Origin: Mesotaenium endlicherianum
Taxonomy: Eukaryota
Assembly (NCBI GenBank): GCA_009602735.1
Contig: WELA01003517.1
Coordinates: forward strand, 149,141 to 213,140
Length of the DNA stretch: 64,000 nucleotides
Direction: 5' to 3'
This document shows positions 51,881-64,000 of the stretch, in pieces (position 1 is the stretch's first letter; each line of letters begins with the position of its first letter). The notes below the pieces were generated by a model, which did no database searches, was not told where the DNA came from, and saw only the letters and a program-made list of their open reading frames with translations. Both the position numbers and the translations under genes were made by a program.

Positions 51881-54488
51881 TCATCACTGCGTTTAATTGC
51901 AGTCTTGAGAGGGGGTCAGCCGAGTTTGTCTTGCCGGGCTAGTAATAAATCGTGATATCGTTGTTGCAAGTACCCCCTCCATCTTGCTTGTCTTCTAGAG
52001 AGATGGGATTTTGTGTGGATGTGCTTCAGCGCTTCGTGGTCCGTAGTGACCAACACCTTGCGTCCTTCAACGTAGCAGCGCCAAACCTTCAAGGAATGTA
52101 TAATCGCCAACGCCTCTCGTTCCGTGGTTGTATAATTTTGCTCAACTGAATTTAGCTTCCTTGACTCGTAGGCAATGGGCTGCAATTCCTTGCCTTGGTC
52201 TTGGAGCAGAATTGCTCCTATGCATCGATGATGATGTGGAAGGGCCAATTTGGGTTTGGGCTTGGGAGTGTGAGCACCGGGGATGTCGTCAATCTTTGCT
52301 TCAGTTGGTGGAATGCTTCCTTCTCTTTCTTGGTCCGAACATATGGCTTGTCATTCTTGAGTGAATCTGTGAGGGGGGCTGCTATTTGCGAGAAGCTCTG
52401 GATAAATCTTATGTTCCAATTGGCAAATCCCAAGAACAGAACTCAAGAATGATTGGAGTTCTTTCCCGGTAGTGGGGGCTGGCCATTCCTCCACCACCGT
52501 GGTCTTCTTCGGGTCCATCTTGATGCCATCAGCGGTCACGTGGAGTCCTAGGAACTCCACTTCTCGTTTGGCAAACTCGCACTTTGACTCGTTTGCAAAT
52601 AGCTTGTTTTGCTTCAATACTTCGAGGACTTCTTTCAAGTGTCATGCATGCTCTTCGAGGGTCTTGCTGTAGATAAGGATGTCGTTTATTAATACCACCA
52701 CAAATCTGTCCAACATGGGCTGAAATATGGTGTTCATCATAGTCATGAAAGTGGCTGGTGCATTGGTGAGTTTAAATGGCAGGACCATGAACTCAAAATG
52801 TCCATATCTTGTCCTGAATACCGTCTTCTCTATGTCAGGGTCAACGATGCAAATCTGGTGGTAGCCGCTTCTCAAGTCCACCTTCGTGAAGTACTTGGCT
52901 CCAACCAGCCGGTCCATGAGCTCATCCATGCGCGGCAGCGGGTATCGATTCTTGATGGTGATCTTGTTGAGGGCGCGATAGTCCACACACATCCTCAAGG
53001 TACCATCCTTCTTCTTGACAAATAGCACCGGGGCTCCAAATGACGACTTGCTAGGTCGAATGAAGCCATGCTCCAGTAGCTCCTTGATTTGCTTCTTCAC
53101 TTCGTCTAGCTCCGTGTATGACATCTTGAACATAGGCCGAGAGATGGGCTTGCTTCGGGGCTCCAACTCTATCTTGTGGTCTACGAATCTCATGGGAGGT
53201 AGGCCCTTGGGCAATTCTGGGGAGAATACTTCTTTGTAGTCTACCAAGACTTCTTGTATCTCCTTGGGAATGGGGCTGCCTTCTTGACTCTCAATGTCTT
53301 TCTTGATGTGTTTTGGCGTGATCAAGGCCAAGAGAAACTCGTGTATCTTCCTCACAAGTCTCTTGAGTTGGAGGGCGGACAATAGTATCTCGTGTGCCGG
53401 CTTCTTGATGTCTTGGGTCTGGATATTCTGGATTGCGCGCAAAGTACAGATTCTTGAAGTGATGTTGTTCTTGATCTTAATGGTACCGTCTCTCCATTCA
53501 ACTTGGGGATTGTGCTTGGTCAACCAAGGCGTCCCTACAATGACGTTGTACTTGCCCAATTGCATGGGGAGAACACTACTCTATCCTTGGAGGACTTCAT
53601 AGAAAGTGACGAGGGTACGTCTTTGTGGAAGGGGTAGTATAGGAGAATCCGTCGAGCATCATAATCTCCTCGTCGTGGTCAAGAGTTTGCACCGTGCTTG
53701 GTGGCAAAATCTGCAGCGATGAACTTGCCTTGAGCTCCGCTATCCACCAAGATGTGGACCTTCTCTCCTCCAAGGTAACCTCTTAAACTCATTAGGGCTG
53801 GAATGTCGTCTTCAACGGGGTTCTCTACCTCACTCGGCTTGTTGTCTTCTCGTGAAGTGGGTCTTGGGGTGGTAGGCTCCTGGACTACCAGCGCTGCCCG
53901 TTTTTTGACAACTTTTTGGGGCACGGGAGTGCACGATGGCCCTTCTCCTTACAATAAAAGCAGAGTCCAGCCGTCGTAACAGCTTTTTTTTTAGCCGAAG
54001 AGAGTCTTGCTTTCACTCCTTGCTGTTTTCTTACATCATAAGTGACATTGGAGGGTCTTCAACTCTTCCGAGCAGCCACGGGGTCCCTTTTAATAACTCC
54101 ACTTTCCATGGGTGTGGGTCCAGATTTAGATGTGGAAGGGGCTGCATACACCCGCGTTGTCGGTGCCCATGAAGATGAAGGCAATGAATGCTTAAAATCC
54201 AAGATATCCACCTTTTGCGCCACTTCAATAATCTTTGAGAAGTTTGTCAAGTCGCGTAATTCCACTTCCTTTGCCACCTTGGGCTTGAAGCCAAAGATAT
54301 AGCGATCAATCTTCTCCTCGAGAGACATGTTGGGGATCTCAAGGGTGAGGGCATAAAATTTGGATGTATACTTCTGAATGGTTGTCGTTTGCTGGAGATG
54401 GTGGAGCTTTCCTCGGGCAATCTTCTCCGCATTGATGGGCATGAATTGCTTCTTGAGGGCCTCATGGACATGTGCCCATCTTGCATAT

Positions 54489-55235
54489 TGTAAGGTCATA
54501 ACTTTATAAAGTGCATCTTTGAGTTCCATGAAAGTGTATTCTGATTGCATAGCAGTGTAGAATGCATTTGTTTGGTCATTTTGATATAAAGTTCATCAAA
54601 TTTGGTCAAGTATTGAGAAAATTATGGATTTCCAAAGTATAATTAGTTTTGAGGTCGGTGGACGACTGTTCTTAATTCGCGGTGAGCGCGACCGTCGGAT
54701 TGACCAAGTGCGTCGAGCGATCTGGCCCGTTAGAGTGATTTCGAACCTTCACGTAATTTCTGCTGACGCGTAGTGCCGACTAGGTCGATTCACCTAGAAG
54801 TTCCGGATTAGCCTAGCGAGTCTAAATTAGTATATTTTAGATATTTTCATGCATGCATGTGGACGTCAAATCGACCCAACACGTCAGATGACACTGATTT
54901 GGCCTACTCACAAATATTTTGGATGGGACAATTTGACAAACACTTCGGAAAATCCGTTGCTAAGCGGCCCTCCTGCCTAGAGGGGAGGACTTAGGTCAGA
55001 AAACTATAAATAGGCAGAACTTCCTCACTTCTTATCAATTTTCACTTCTGTAAATTTCTACGGGTTTGTTTTGACAAGGCCTTTCTATTTGTGAGCACTT
55101 TCTTGCTACTCAGAATGTTGAGTAATTTTTCCTAAGCTTTCTTAGTGACATGCCGCTGCACTCTTTAGTATGATTGCAACTAGTTCTTTTCCTCGTGAGT
55201 CACTACGCTTCCACTAGGGCACTTCGCCCCTTTCA
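54489..55235 (+). repeat. Solo LTR of family B inside the gag of A2
   Basis: TGTAAGGTC...CCTTTCA; TSD CATAT (54484-54488 and 55236-55240). Confidence 0.95.
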
Positions 55236-56380
55236 CATATGATGGTGGGGGCTCTTGGCCGGGCACGGCGTGCATCGTAGCTTGATATATAGTCGCTTGA
55301 TGTTACGCCACCATGCTTCTCTAAGTAAGGTAACGGCAAAGAGAACGTAGTCCTCCTCGGGTACTTCAAGGAATGCGAGGTACGTCTCCACTTGGGTAGA
55401 GCCATAAGTTCAGGTCGGCTCTTTCCTCGAGATTGGAAGTGTTGGGTTTGCCGGGCTTGATGAGTTTCCTTGCTCTCGTAGGCTCTTGTGGAGGCGCTTG
55501 AGCCGTGACTGGATTTGGGAGCGTTGCTTGCAATAGGGGCAACCATAACAGCCATAGCTTCTCTTGACGCTTGTACGATTTCTTCATAGGTGGCCATGCC
55601 CACTTGGTTGTGGACGGTCATTAGAAAGCCTGCCCACTCATTTGCGAGAATTTCTTGTGGCGGGATCAACTTGCTGTAGCGGCTACCACGGGATTTGACG
55701 ATGCTCCTCCTTGTGGTGCTTCTTGTTGTTGCAGATTTTCTTGAGTGTGCTCTACGGTCGGTGTGGAGGAGGGTCTCTTGGAGATAAATTGCTTCCTTTG
55801 AAAGCTTGCTGTTGGTCTTGAGGATCGGCCATCTTCTTGTGCTACCAAAGTGCCTAGTTCCAATACCACTGGAGTGAAACAAATAGATTAAGTACTTAGT
55901 ATAATAGAATACTTCATCTATTCAAGACAAGGATCTTTGAATACAAGTGGTAGCTTCTTGAAAAAGAGATGGCTTCTTGAAAGTTAATGTATTTTTGGAA
56001 TTTGGCAAATACAAGAGTGATTCTAAAATGCCTTTCTATGTTCTAGCTCTCGTTTATATACTTGCTACGTAAGTAATTCCTAAAAAGGTGCACGTTGATG
56101 TGTTAGCACCCAACACATCCCAAAATTTGCCTTCTCTTTCTAAAATAATATACATGTCATTTTGACCTAAATATGGCATATTTGACTTTTGCCACATGGA
56201 ATTATTCTAAGTCCTTCCTCTAACTTTGAAAATGCCTTAGAAGGTTCAAAGGACATGAACCAAGTCACTAGAGTATCTATTCACACTTGAATCCACGCAA
56301 AAGTACTCTAAAAACATTCAAAAGCATTAAAATATAAGCAAATGAATATATTATAAGAATATATAACTCACATCACTATA

Positions 56381-56764
56381 AACAGCGCCTTAACTTGGGC
56401 ACGCATCTCAAGAGGCTTCTCTTGAGCAGCTGGGCTCTGCACCTTCTGAGCAAGGGGATCAGACACCACTACTTGCTCCTCCGGCAACGCGCGCTCGCCC
56501 AGGCTTTTAGGATTCACGCTTGCTCCATCTGATGACCGGGCGAGGGCCACCGAAACAAAGTACATCTCCTTCACCTGATTCACCCTGCATAGCTTCTTAA
56601 CTTGCAGGCTTGACAGAATACGGTTACTTGTGGTCGTATCTACCTCCACTTGTTTCGCTGTCTTCATTCGACTATCACGCCCTTGGACTTTCACTTGTCC
56701 CGTGCTCCAGTGCACTTAAGGGTTGGCTTTCCTGAGCCATGGTCGGCCCAATATCACCTCATGG
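56381..56764 (-). pseudogene. Protease-RT linker fragment of a second family B copy (target of A2)
   Basis: Paralogous to ~45330-45706. Confidence 0.9.
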
Positions 56765-57726
56765 TTACCTAACCACCCTGAGACTGGTTCGAAGTTGAAC
56801 GCACAAATACGCCCCAAAATTGGATCTCCACCCATCTCCGCCCAAGGCGTAGACAAATTTTTTCTCCACTAATCTAGGTAAAAGCGGAGAAATGACACCT
56901 CCGCCACAGGCGGAGATGGTATCTCTACCAATTTCTACGCTCAATGGCAAATAATGTGTCTCTGAACAAATCTTCACCTCTGCCAAAATTATCGAAAAAT
57001 GGCGAAGTATCGAGAGCCAATCCAAAAATGGTCACCTTTCGAAAGTGGTCATGAAAATTGACCTCTTTGTTGTGATTGGTTAGTTCAATTGGCCAAGTGT
57101 GCCAATAACGTTATTGTGGATGAATAAGTTTAAAGAGAGTTGGGGTTGACTCTCAGTTTGCGTTTGAGTTTGCATTAAGATTGTAAGTGTGATTCCAAGT
57201 CGTCGGATGGCGCGGGTGGCCCTGACATGCCCGGCCCCCATTGCCGATTGCTGCTCGTTAATTGGTCGCGACGGCATTCCGTCGCGCTGTGCGATGTGGT
57301 CGTGCTTGCGACCAAACTCCGACGGCCCGGATTGGTTGTGGTTTTGTATTGTATTGACGAGGAGCCCGGCTGGCTCCGTTCGTGTTGGCCGCGGCTCATG
57401 CCACGGCAATAATTAATTTTGCGCTGATGCGATGGCATGTAAGCAAACTACTTGATAAACAATTTGCTTAAGTCCACAAGTGGCGCAGTGACTACTAGTG
57501 GGCTACAAGGGCCGGATTGCTACGGCCGGATTCCCCCCAATCCGTCAATTTCGCGCATGAGATCGGCGAAATTATATATCTGTCGTCGATCGAGCCAAGG
57601 AGCTCCTTGGCCCATGTCGGGTGGCGGGGCTGACCATCACAGAGCCGTCTCTCTTGCCTTGACCGATCCGGTATGCTTATTAACCCATTAAACAATGCTG
57701 ATGCAAAATCAAGATGTCAATGACTA

Positions 57727-58435
57727 TGTACTGAATCAGTATATTAGTTGATATAATATTCATTTAAATATAATAGTTAATTAAGCCTGCTGAACTCTAG
57801 TTAATGATCAATCTGCTGGACTTCATATTCAATGACAGTTTAATGACTCGGCCGAAAGCAGCAGGCTGAAGTCAACTTAAGTCAGCTTGCTGACACATTC
57901 TTCGACAGCCAGCTGACTTCCGTACTCGGTAGCAGCGAACTGCCTCGATATGCATCTAAGTGTGGTATGCTAGATGAATGGCCAAATGACATCCCTATCA
58001 TGGATGGCGATTCGAGATGATGGGAGATGGCGGTGGATTTAATTAACCGAGGTCCTACCAACGTGGTTAACTCCCGGGTAGGCGGTGCCATCGCACTGAA
58101 CAGTAAACTCATTCCATGTACATATGCTAGGCATTGCTCTCAAGTTCGTCATTTGGAAACGAGGCCAACTCTCTTGTACAGCTTACTGAGAGCGATCTGA
58201 ATCCAAGGCGAGAAGCCATTGATACGCACTGTCTTCTAACCTTGCTTATGTATGAGTTTACTGATTGGCATTATTGATGCTAGTTTACTCGCATTTGACT
58301 CACGAGTATTATTCACTGCTAGTGTGTTCTCCTTTGCCGTTAAACCACTTAACGGAAAATACCATAAAGATTACTTGCTGATATAAAGATCTTTATTAAT
58401 TGTTAATCGCCTATTTGGTAAGTCGATTCATTTCA
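57727..58435 (+). repeat. 5' LTR of element G
   Basis: TGTACTGAATC...GATTCATTTCA followed by PBS TGGTATCGGAGC (58437-58448). Confidence 0.9.
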
Positions 58436-58469
58436 GTGGTATCGGAGCAGTTATCACAGTCTTCTTTGT

Positions 58470-58675
58470 ATGGTAAAAACGAGGTCTCAAACTAGCAACT
58501 CCCGAGACATGGAGAACCAGGATAACGAGAATGTCGAACACCAGGCGGAAAGCCATGTAGCGGGAACTCGTACCTATTCTGAAGCAGTAGCAGATACTGC
58601 AGCTAGAGAGGCTGCAGATGAGGCAGCTGCTATTGCCGCAGTCGCAGCACAGCAAGCTGAGGAGGAGAGAGCCAG
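58470..58675 (+). CDS. Gag N-terminus of G (runs into gap)
   Basis: MVKTRS start just after the PBS, typical of Gypsy gag. Confidence 0.75.
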
Positions 58676-59150
58676 NNNNNNNNNNNNNNNNNNNNNNNNN
58701 NNNNNNNNNNNNNNNNNNNNNNNNNNNNNNNNNNNNNNNNNNNNNNNNNNNNNNNNNNNNNNNNNNNNNNNNNNNNNNNNNNNNNNNNNNNNNNNNNNNN
58801 NNNNNNNNNNNNNNNNNNNNNNNNNNNNNNNNNNNNNNNNNNNNNNNNNNNNNNNNNNNNNNNNNNNNNNNNNNNNNNNNNNNNNNNNNNNNNNNNNNNN
58901 NNNNNNNNNNNNNNNNNNNNNNNNNNNNNNNNNNNNNNNNNNNNNNNNNNNNNNNNNNNNNNNNNNNNNNNNNNNNNNNNNNNNNNNNNNNNNNNNNNNN
59001 NNNNNNNNNNNNNNNNNNNNNNNNNNNNNNNNNNNNNNNNNNNNNNNNNNNNNNNNNNNNNNNNNNNNNNNNNNNNNNNNNNNNNNNNNNNNNNNNNNNN
59101 NNNNNNNNNNNNNNNNNNNNNNNNNNNNNNNNNNNNNNNNNNNNNNNNNN
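58676..59150. other. Assembly gap
   Basis: N run. Confidence 1.
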
Positions 59151-59551
59151 TATGTACATGGAATGAGTTTACTGTTCAACGGTCAGTGCGATGGCACCGC
59201 CTACCCGGGAGTTAACCACGTTGGTAGGACCTCGGTTAACCAAATCCACCGCCATCTCCCATCATCCCGAATAGCCATCCATCATAGGGATGTCATCTAG
59301 CTATTCCTCTAGCATATCGCACTTAGATGCATATCCAGGCAGTTCGCTGCTACCGAGTACGGAAGTCAGCTTGCTGTCAAAGAATGTGTCAGCGAGTTGA
59401 CTTATNCGAGTTGACTTATATGGACTTTCAGCCTGCTGCTTTCGACTGAGTCAGCAAACTAATAATTATATAAAGTCCAGCAGACTGACTATTAACTAAA
59501 GTTCAGCAGGCTGAACTTAATTAACTATTAGATTTAAATGAATATTATATC
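59151..59551 (-). repeat. Partial LTR of the G/H family, inverted; likely 3' LTR of element H
   Basis: Reverse-complement homologue of ~57750-58123 with several differences. Confidence 0.85.
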
Positions 59552-60067
59552 NNNNNNNNNNNNNNNNNNNNNNNNNNNNNNNNNNNNNNNNNNNNNNNNN
59601 NNNNNNNNNNNNNNNNNNNNNNNNNNNNNNNNNNNNNNNNNNNNNNNNNNNNNNNNNNNNNNNNNNNNNNNNNNNNNNNNNNNNNNNNNNNNNNNNNNNN
59701 NNNNNNNNNNNNNNNNNNNNNNNNNNNNNNNNNNNNNNNNNNNNNNNNNNNNNNNNNNNNNNNNNNNNNNNNNNNNNNNNNNNNNNNNNNNNNNNNNNNN
59801 NNNNNNNNNNNNNNNNNNNNNNNNNNNNNNNNNNNNNNNNNNNNNNNNNNNNNNNNNNNNNNNNNNNNNNNNNNNNNNNNNNNNNNNNNNNNNNNNNNNN
59901 NNNNNNNNNNNNNNNNNNNNNNNNNNNNNNNNNNNNNNNNNNNNNNNNNNNNNNNNNNNNNNNNNNNNNNNNNNNNNNNNNNNNNNNNNNNNNNNNNNNN
60001 NNNNNNNNNNNNNNNNNNNNNNNNNNNNNNNNNNNNNNNNNNNNNNNNNNNNNNNNNNNNNNNNNNN
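59552..60067. other. Assembly gap
   Basis: N run. Confidence 1.
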
Positions 60068-61427
60068 GTCTGCTGCCCAGTACTGTCAGATCAACTTCTT
60101 CCCCTGCTTGGGCAGGTGGGCTGGGGGAGCGAGCGCGGAGTCCAGTTGTCGCCATAACGGGGATCACATTCCACACACCTGATCGTGGTTCTTTAGGAAG
60201 TGCCACTGCCTCTCGCTGGGTATCCTGAGTACCTGCTGCTGATGCTTCTCCTCTGCCTTGTTCTTCTTCCTCATCCTCCTCATCCTCCTCCTCGGAGAGA
60301 GTAGGGGTCTCGTCCACTAAGTCGTCCTGCTCCCTAGTAGACATGGAGTAGTCTACCGACCTCCCTTTCTTAGGGCGCGCTGGAGGTTGCTTGGCCTTCA
60401 GCCTACTGATATCTATCCGGCCTGCATTCTTTGCCCATTTGACAAAGGCATGCTTTCCCTTAGAGAAGTAGTCTCTTCCCCTCCTCCTATGTTCCTTGGT
60501 CTCTGCATTCATATTGCTCAGGCATCCATTCAGCCTGGGGTCCCAAGGGGCAATGTGAGGTGGTAGGATGAGATAGCCGTCTAGGCCATAGTGGAAGTCA
60601 TCCGGTTGGGCTCGGTCACACTCCTGCTTCTTATTTGTGACGGTCATCCACCTCCAGTCTGTTGGCTGCTGGTAGTACTGGGGTCCGTGCTCAGCCTTCC
60701 TCAGTTTACACGGGAACCAGTGGGGAGAGAACATCTGCTGTCCTGCTTCCCTGGCCAAGTACTCCCAGCTCCTTCTCTCAACTTCATTGTAAGCTGGCAG
60801 GAGTGTGAGGTAGAATACCGTATCCTTAAAGCTATCGGGCCGCATGCTCACCATCCGGATGAGTCTCTGATCTCCCACTATTCCCGGTATGGGGACCGGC
60901 TTGTCCTCTGAATCATCTGCGAGATACCGGGCCTGCTCTGCTGTATAGCCCACCATCTTAGCATAATCTTCGTAAAGGACCACGCCGGTGTGTGTCTCGA
61001 TGTACCTGTCCAGTGCTGTAGCTCCTTCCTTCTGTAGCAGTGTTGTCTGTTCCAGCCTGTTGATCTCCTGGGCTGCCAGCAATGCTTCCTTCAGGTTATC
61101 GAAGTTTTGGCCACCCACCACAGTATACCTGTAAGTGGCCAAGCTCTTCTGTCTGTCCGCTTCAATCTTTTTTCTTTTCTCCTCTTCTGCCGCTGCCGCT
61201 TCTTCTTGCTGTTTCTTCTGTCTCTCCTCCTCAGCCTTCCTGAGGTTTTCCGCTTCCTGATCCTTCTTCCTCTGTGCCTCTTCTGCCGCCTCTTGTTGTT
61301 TGCGGACCCTTTCTTGTTCTCTCCTGGTGAGGGACGTCGCCGCCAGCTCCTTCTGGTATTGCTCCATTGTCCTCCTGGCTTCTTCTGCCTTGCGCTTTCT
61401 GTCCTCCTTTTGTGTGGTGGGCGCCAT
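60068..61427 (-). CDS. Additional ORF of unknown function (>450 aa) downstream of pol in element H
   Basis: Open from ATG 61427 into the gap: E/K/R coiled-coil, then an aromatic-rich globular region, then an acidic tail. Confidence 0.8.
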
Positions 61428-61694
61428 CCTGCACATGTAACCAGGGCACAAGTTAGTAGGATATGGACCTTTGTCATAGGGATTGCAGGAAGTATGTTAG
61501 TATTTAGTATAGTGGCTTCGCTGCTGTTTACCTTACAGGATGATTGCTAAAAGTTGACGTAGTTGCGATGCGCTACACATAAACGTATGAGTGTGTTTTT
61601 ATCGCTCTCGCTCACTAACTGTCATATATTTTCCCCTCCAACTTAAATGGAGACAGGACCGCCTGTCACCTTCCCGTGTCAACTGAAATGACAG

Positions 61695-64000
61695 TTATGG
61701 AGGGACTCCAGCGGCCCGAAGGTGGAACCGTGTCAACGCCCCTTTGGCATTGGTCAAGTGGTCCTTAAACTCCCAAGTGTCCCCAGAGGCATCGTAACCC
61801 TTCCATCGAATGAGGTATTTCATGACATATTTAGACGATCGACGGACCGAGCGAGCGTCTAAAATCTCATCGACCTCATATTCCTCAGGGTCGCCGTCCC
61901 GGACAGCGGGGACCGGTCCCGGTTGGACAGGGAACCGACCTGTGAACAGTGTATCACCTTTGATGTACGGTTCCAGGAAGGAGACATTAAAGACCGGGTG
62001 CCCCTTGTATTCAGCTGACATGTTCAGTTTGTAAGCATTCTGACCGACACGACGGACCACCGAATATGGACCGACCCAGACAGGGCCAAGCTTTTTCTTG
62101 ACCACACCAGGGAGGTACAGGTGCTGAGAATGCAGTTTGACTAAATCCCCCTTGGAAAATGTCAGTTCCCGACGGTGTTGATTAGCGTATTTTTGTTGGT
62201 TTTCTTGGGCCGTGTGCAAGTTTCGTTGGACTTCTGACAGGGTGTCAGCAAACTCCTGAGTTAACTGGAGGGAGACCGGGTTGTCAATCCCTTCAGGGTG
62301 AGTTAAAGATTCCCCTAGCACATCTAGAGGAGACTTAGGGACTCTACCCAGGCTGAGTTCAAAAGGAGTTTTGCCCGTTGACGCGTGCACCGCACTGTTG
62401 ACCGCAAACTGAATTTGAGGCAACAGGTCATCCCAATTATCTTGTTTTTGGTTAATATATGCTCTCAGCACCTCCTGCAGAACTCGGTTAGTTCTTTCAG
62501 TCTGCCCATCAGTCTGAGGGTGGTTTGCTGTGCTGAGCAGCTGTTTGACTCCCATTAACCCCATTAAAGCTCTCCAGAACTTAGAGGTGAATTTTGAGTC
62601 TCTGTCTGAGATGATATTAGAAGGGAGCCCATGTTGGCATACTACATGGTTGTAAAACTGTCTCGCTGTTTCGAGTGCAGTCACTTTGACAGTTGTGGGG
62701 ATAAAAATGACCATTTTTGTCAGTTTATCCACGACTACCAGTATTGAATCATGCCCGTTGGCAGTTCTTGGTAGTGAGACCACCCAGTCCATGGATATAG
62801 TTTCCCAGCGTCCCGCTGGGATGGGTAGCGGTTGCAAGAGACCTCCGGGTGGTGTGTGCCGAGACTTATTTCTCTGACACTGGTCACAGGACTTGACATA
62901 TTTCAAGACCTCCCGGGGTAACCCCTCCCAATGATAATGTTTTGCCAGTTTGCCAACAGTTTTGGCCTGCCCCAAATGTCCACCCAGGAGACTGTCATGA
63001 GCTTGACTCAGTAAGAGAGACCTTATTTCCAAATTATTAGGAATGACCAGCTTCAGCCTGCCTGAAGTGGTTTCAGTCACCCAGACCCCTCCCTTGAGCT
63101 TATACCCGAGTGCGGTAGCACGACACATACCAGTAGTGGGGCTGGGCTCAAATGTTGGGTCAGAAAGGTAGGCTTTCCTAAGTTGTTCAAGGAAGGACTT
63201 TTTCACCTTTAGTGAAGTGAGTGCACACAGGACTTTATCTACAGCATGCTGACTAAAGTTCCTTTCTTGCAAGTCAGGTCTTCTAGAGAGTGCATCAGCA
63301 GGATTCAACTTCCCTGGTTTGTAGTCGATCTGGACTTGGAACTGCTCCAGCATCTGGCTCCAGCGGTTCTCCCTCCTCGACAGCTTGGACTTCTTCTGAA
63401 AGTGGGTCAGAGCTAGATGATCTGTAATCACCTTAAAAGCTTTACCATGTAAGTATGCTCTCCACTGTTTGAGTACATGAATGATAGCTAGCAGCTCTTT
63501 ATCATGCACTGAGTAATTAATCTCCGCTGGATTAAATTTCATAGACTCATACAACACAGGATGCCACTCCTGCCGTACCTTACCATCCTTTGTGGTTTTG
63601 TCAGCAGGCTGCAACAAAATAGCACCCATGGCAAAATCAGAGGCATCAGTAACCACCTGCACCGGTTTGCTGGGGTCATACACGGCTAGCACTGGGGCAG
63701 AACAAAGGGCATCTTTAAGGGTCTGGAAGGCAGCCTGCTGCTCTTCCCCCCACACATACCCGATGTCTTTCTTAGTAAGGTCAGTCAGTTTACTGGCCTT
63801 TGTGGAATAATTCTCAATAAATCTCCTATAGTAGTTAGCCAACCCGAGGAAGGATCTAACTTCAGAGACAGACTGTGGTACTGGCCAGTCCCTTATGGTC
63901 TGGACTTTCTTAGGATCCACACTGATGCCCTCTTTACTGACAACGTGGCCTAAGAATTCAATACTTTCCTTAAAGAAATCACACTTGCTCATTTTAGCAT
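61695..64000 (-). CDS. pol: Pol of chromovirus H (RT end, RNase H, integrase, chromodomain); 5' part outside window
   Basis: Uninterrupted: [37 protein letters not shown]...YLIRWKGY. Confidence 0.96.
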   Translation of the reverse strand, partial: AKMSKCDFFKESIEFLGHVVSKEGISVDPKKVQTIRDWPVPQSVSEVRSFLGLANYYRRFIENYSTKASKLTDLTKKDIGYVWGEEQQAAFQTLKDALCSAPVLAVYDPSKPVQVVTDASDFAMGAILLQPADKTTKDGKVRQEWHPVLYESMKFNPAEINYSVHDKELLAIIHVLKQWRAYLHGKAFKVITDHLALTHFQKKSKLSRRENRWSQMLEQFQVQIDYKPGKLNPADALSRRPDLQERNFSQHAVDKVLCALTSLKVKKSFLEQLRKAYLSDPTFEPSPTTGMCRATALGYKLKGGVWVTETTSGRLKLVIPNNLEIRSLLLSQAHDSLLGGHLGQAKTVGKLAKHYHWEGLPREVLKYVKSCDQCQRNKSRHTPPGGLLQPLPIPAGRWETISMDWVVSLPRTANGHDSILVVVDKLTKMVIFIPTTVKVTALETARQFYNHVVCQHGLPSNIISDRDSKFTSKFWRALMGLMGVKQLLSTANHPQTDGQTERTNRVLQEVLRAYINQKQDNWDDLLPQIQFAVNSAVHASTGKTPFELSLGRVPKSPLDVLGESLTHPEGIDNPVSLQLTQEFADTLSEVQRNLHTAQENQQKYANQHRRELTFSKGDLVKLHSQHLYLPGVVKKKLGPVWVGPYSVVRRVGQNAYKLNMSAEYKGHPVFNVSFLEPYIKGDTLFTGRFPVQPGPVPAVRDGDPEEYEVDEILDARSVRRSSKYVMKYLIRWKGYDASGDTWEFKDHLTNAKGALTRFHLRAAGVPP

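Larger units (their letters stand above)
47853..56380 (-). mobile_element. Family A copy A2, degenerate, carrying two solo-LTR insertions
   Basis: Colinear reverse copy of A1. LTRs 55870-56380 and 47853-48289 (terminal ~16 bp missing); PBS remnant 55857-55868; broken gag and pol. Confidence 0.96.

Noticed and set aside
60068..61427. Calling the extra ORF env
   Set aside because: No signal peptide, furin/fusion motif or transmembrane helix in the visible sequence; the C-terminus lies in the gap.

Overview
Eukaryotic genomic DNA, most likely from a green plant or streptophyte alga (plant-type NDUFAF2, chromoviruses, tRNA-iMet primer sites). There are three N gaps. The first ~16.5 kb is genic: an NDUFAF2/NDUFA12-family gene with 7 phase-consistent exons, and three intron-containing genes of unknown function. 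The remaining ~47 kb is a deeply nested retrotransposon cluster. It holds (A1) an intact young Ty3/Gypsy chromovirus with a -1 frameshift signal; a decayed DIRS-type element with an N6-adenine methyltransferase domain; a hybrid family-B chromovirus; a non-autonomous element C carrying a hAT-like MITE and element E; an older copy of family A; three solo LTRs with TSDs; and a chromovirus family (G/H) with a large extra ORF between pol and the 3' LTR. The most unusual item is element E (33711-40086). It encodes Gag and an aspartic protease, has TG...CA ends, is built as split direct repeats (A-ORFs-B-A-B) with a palindromic B|A junction, and shows no PBS. All comparisons were made by eye; no searches were run.
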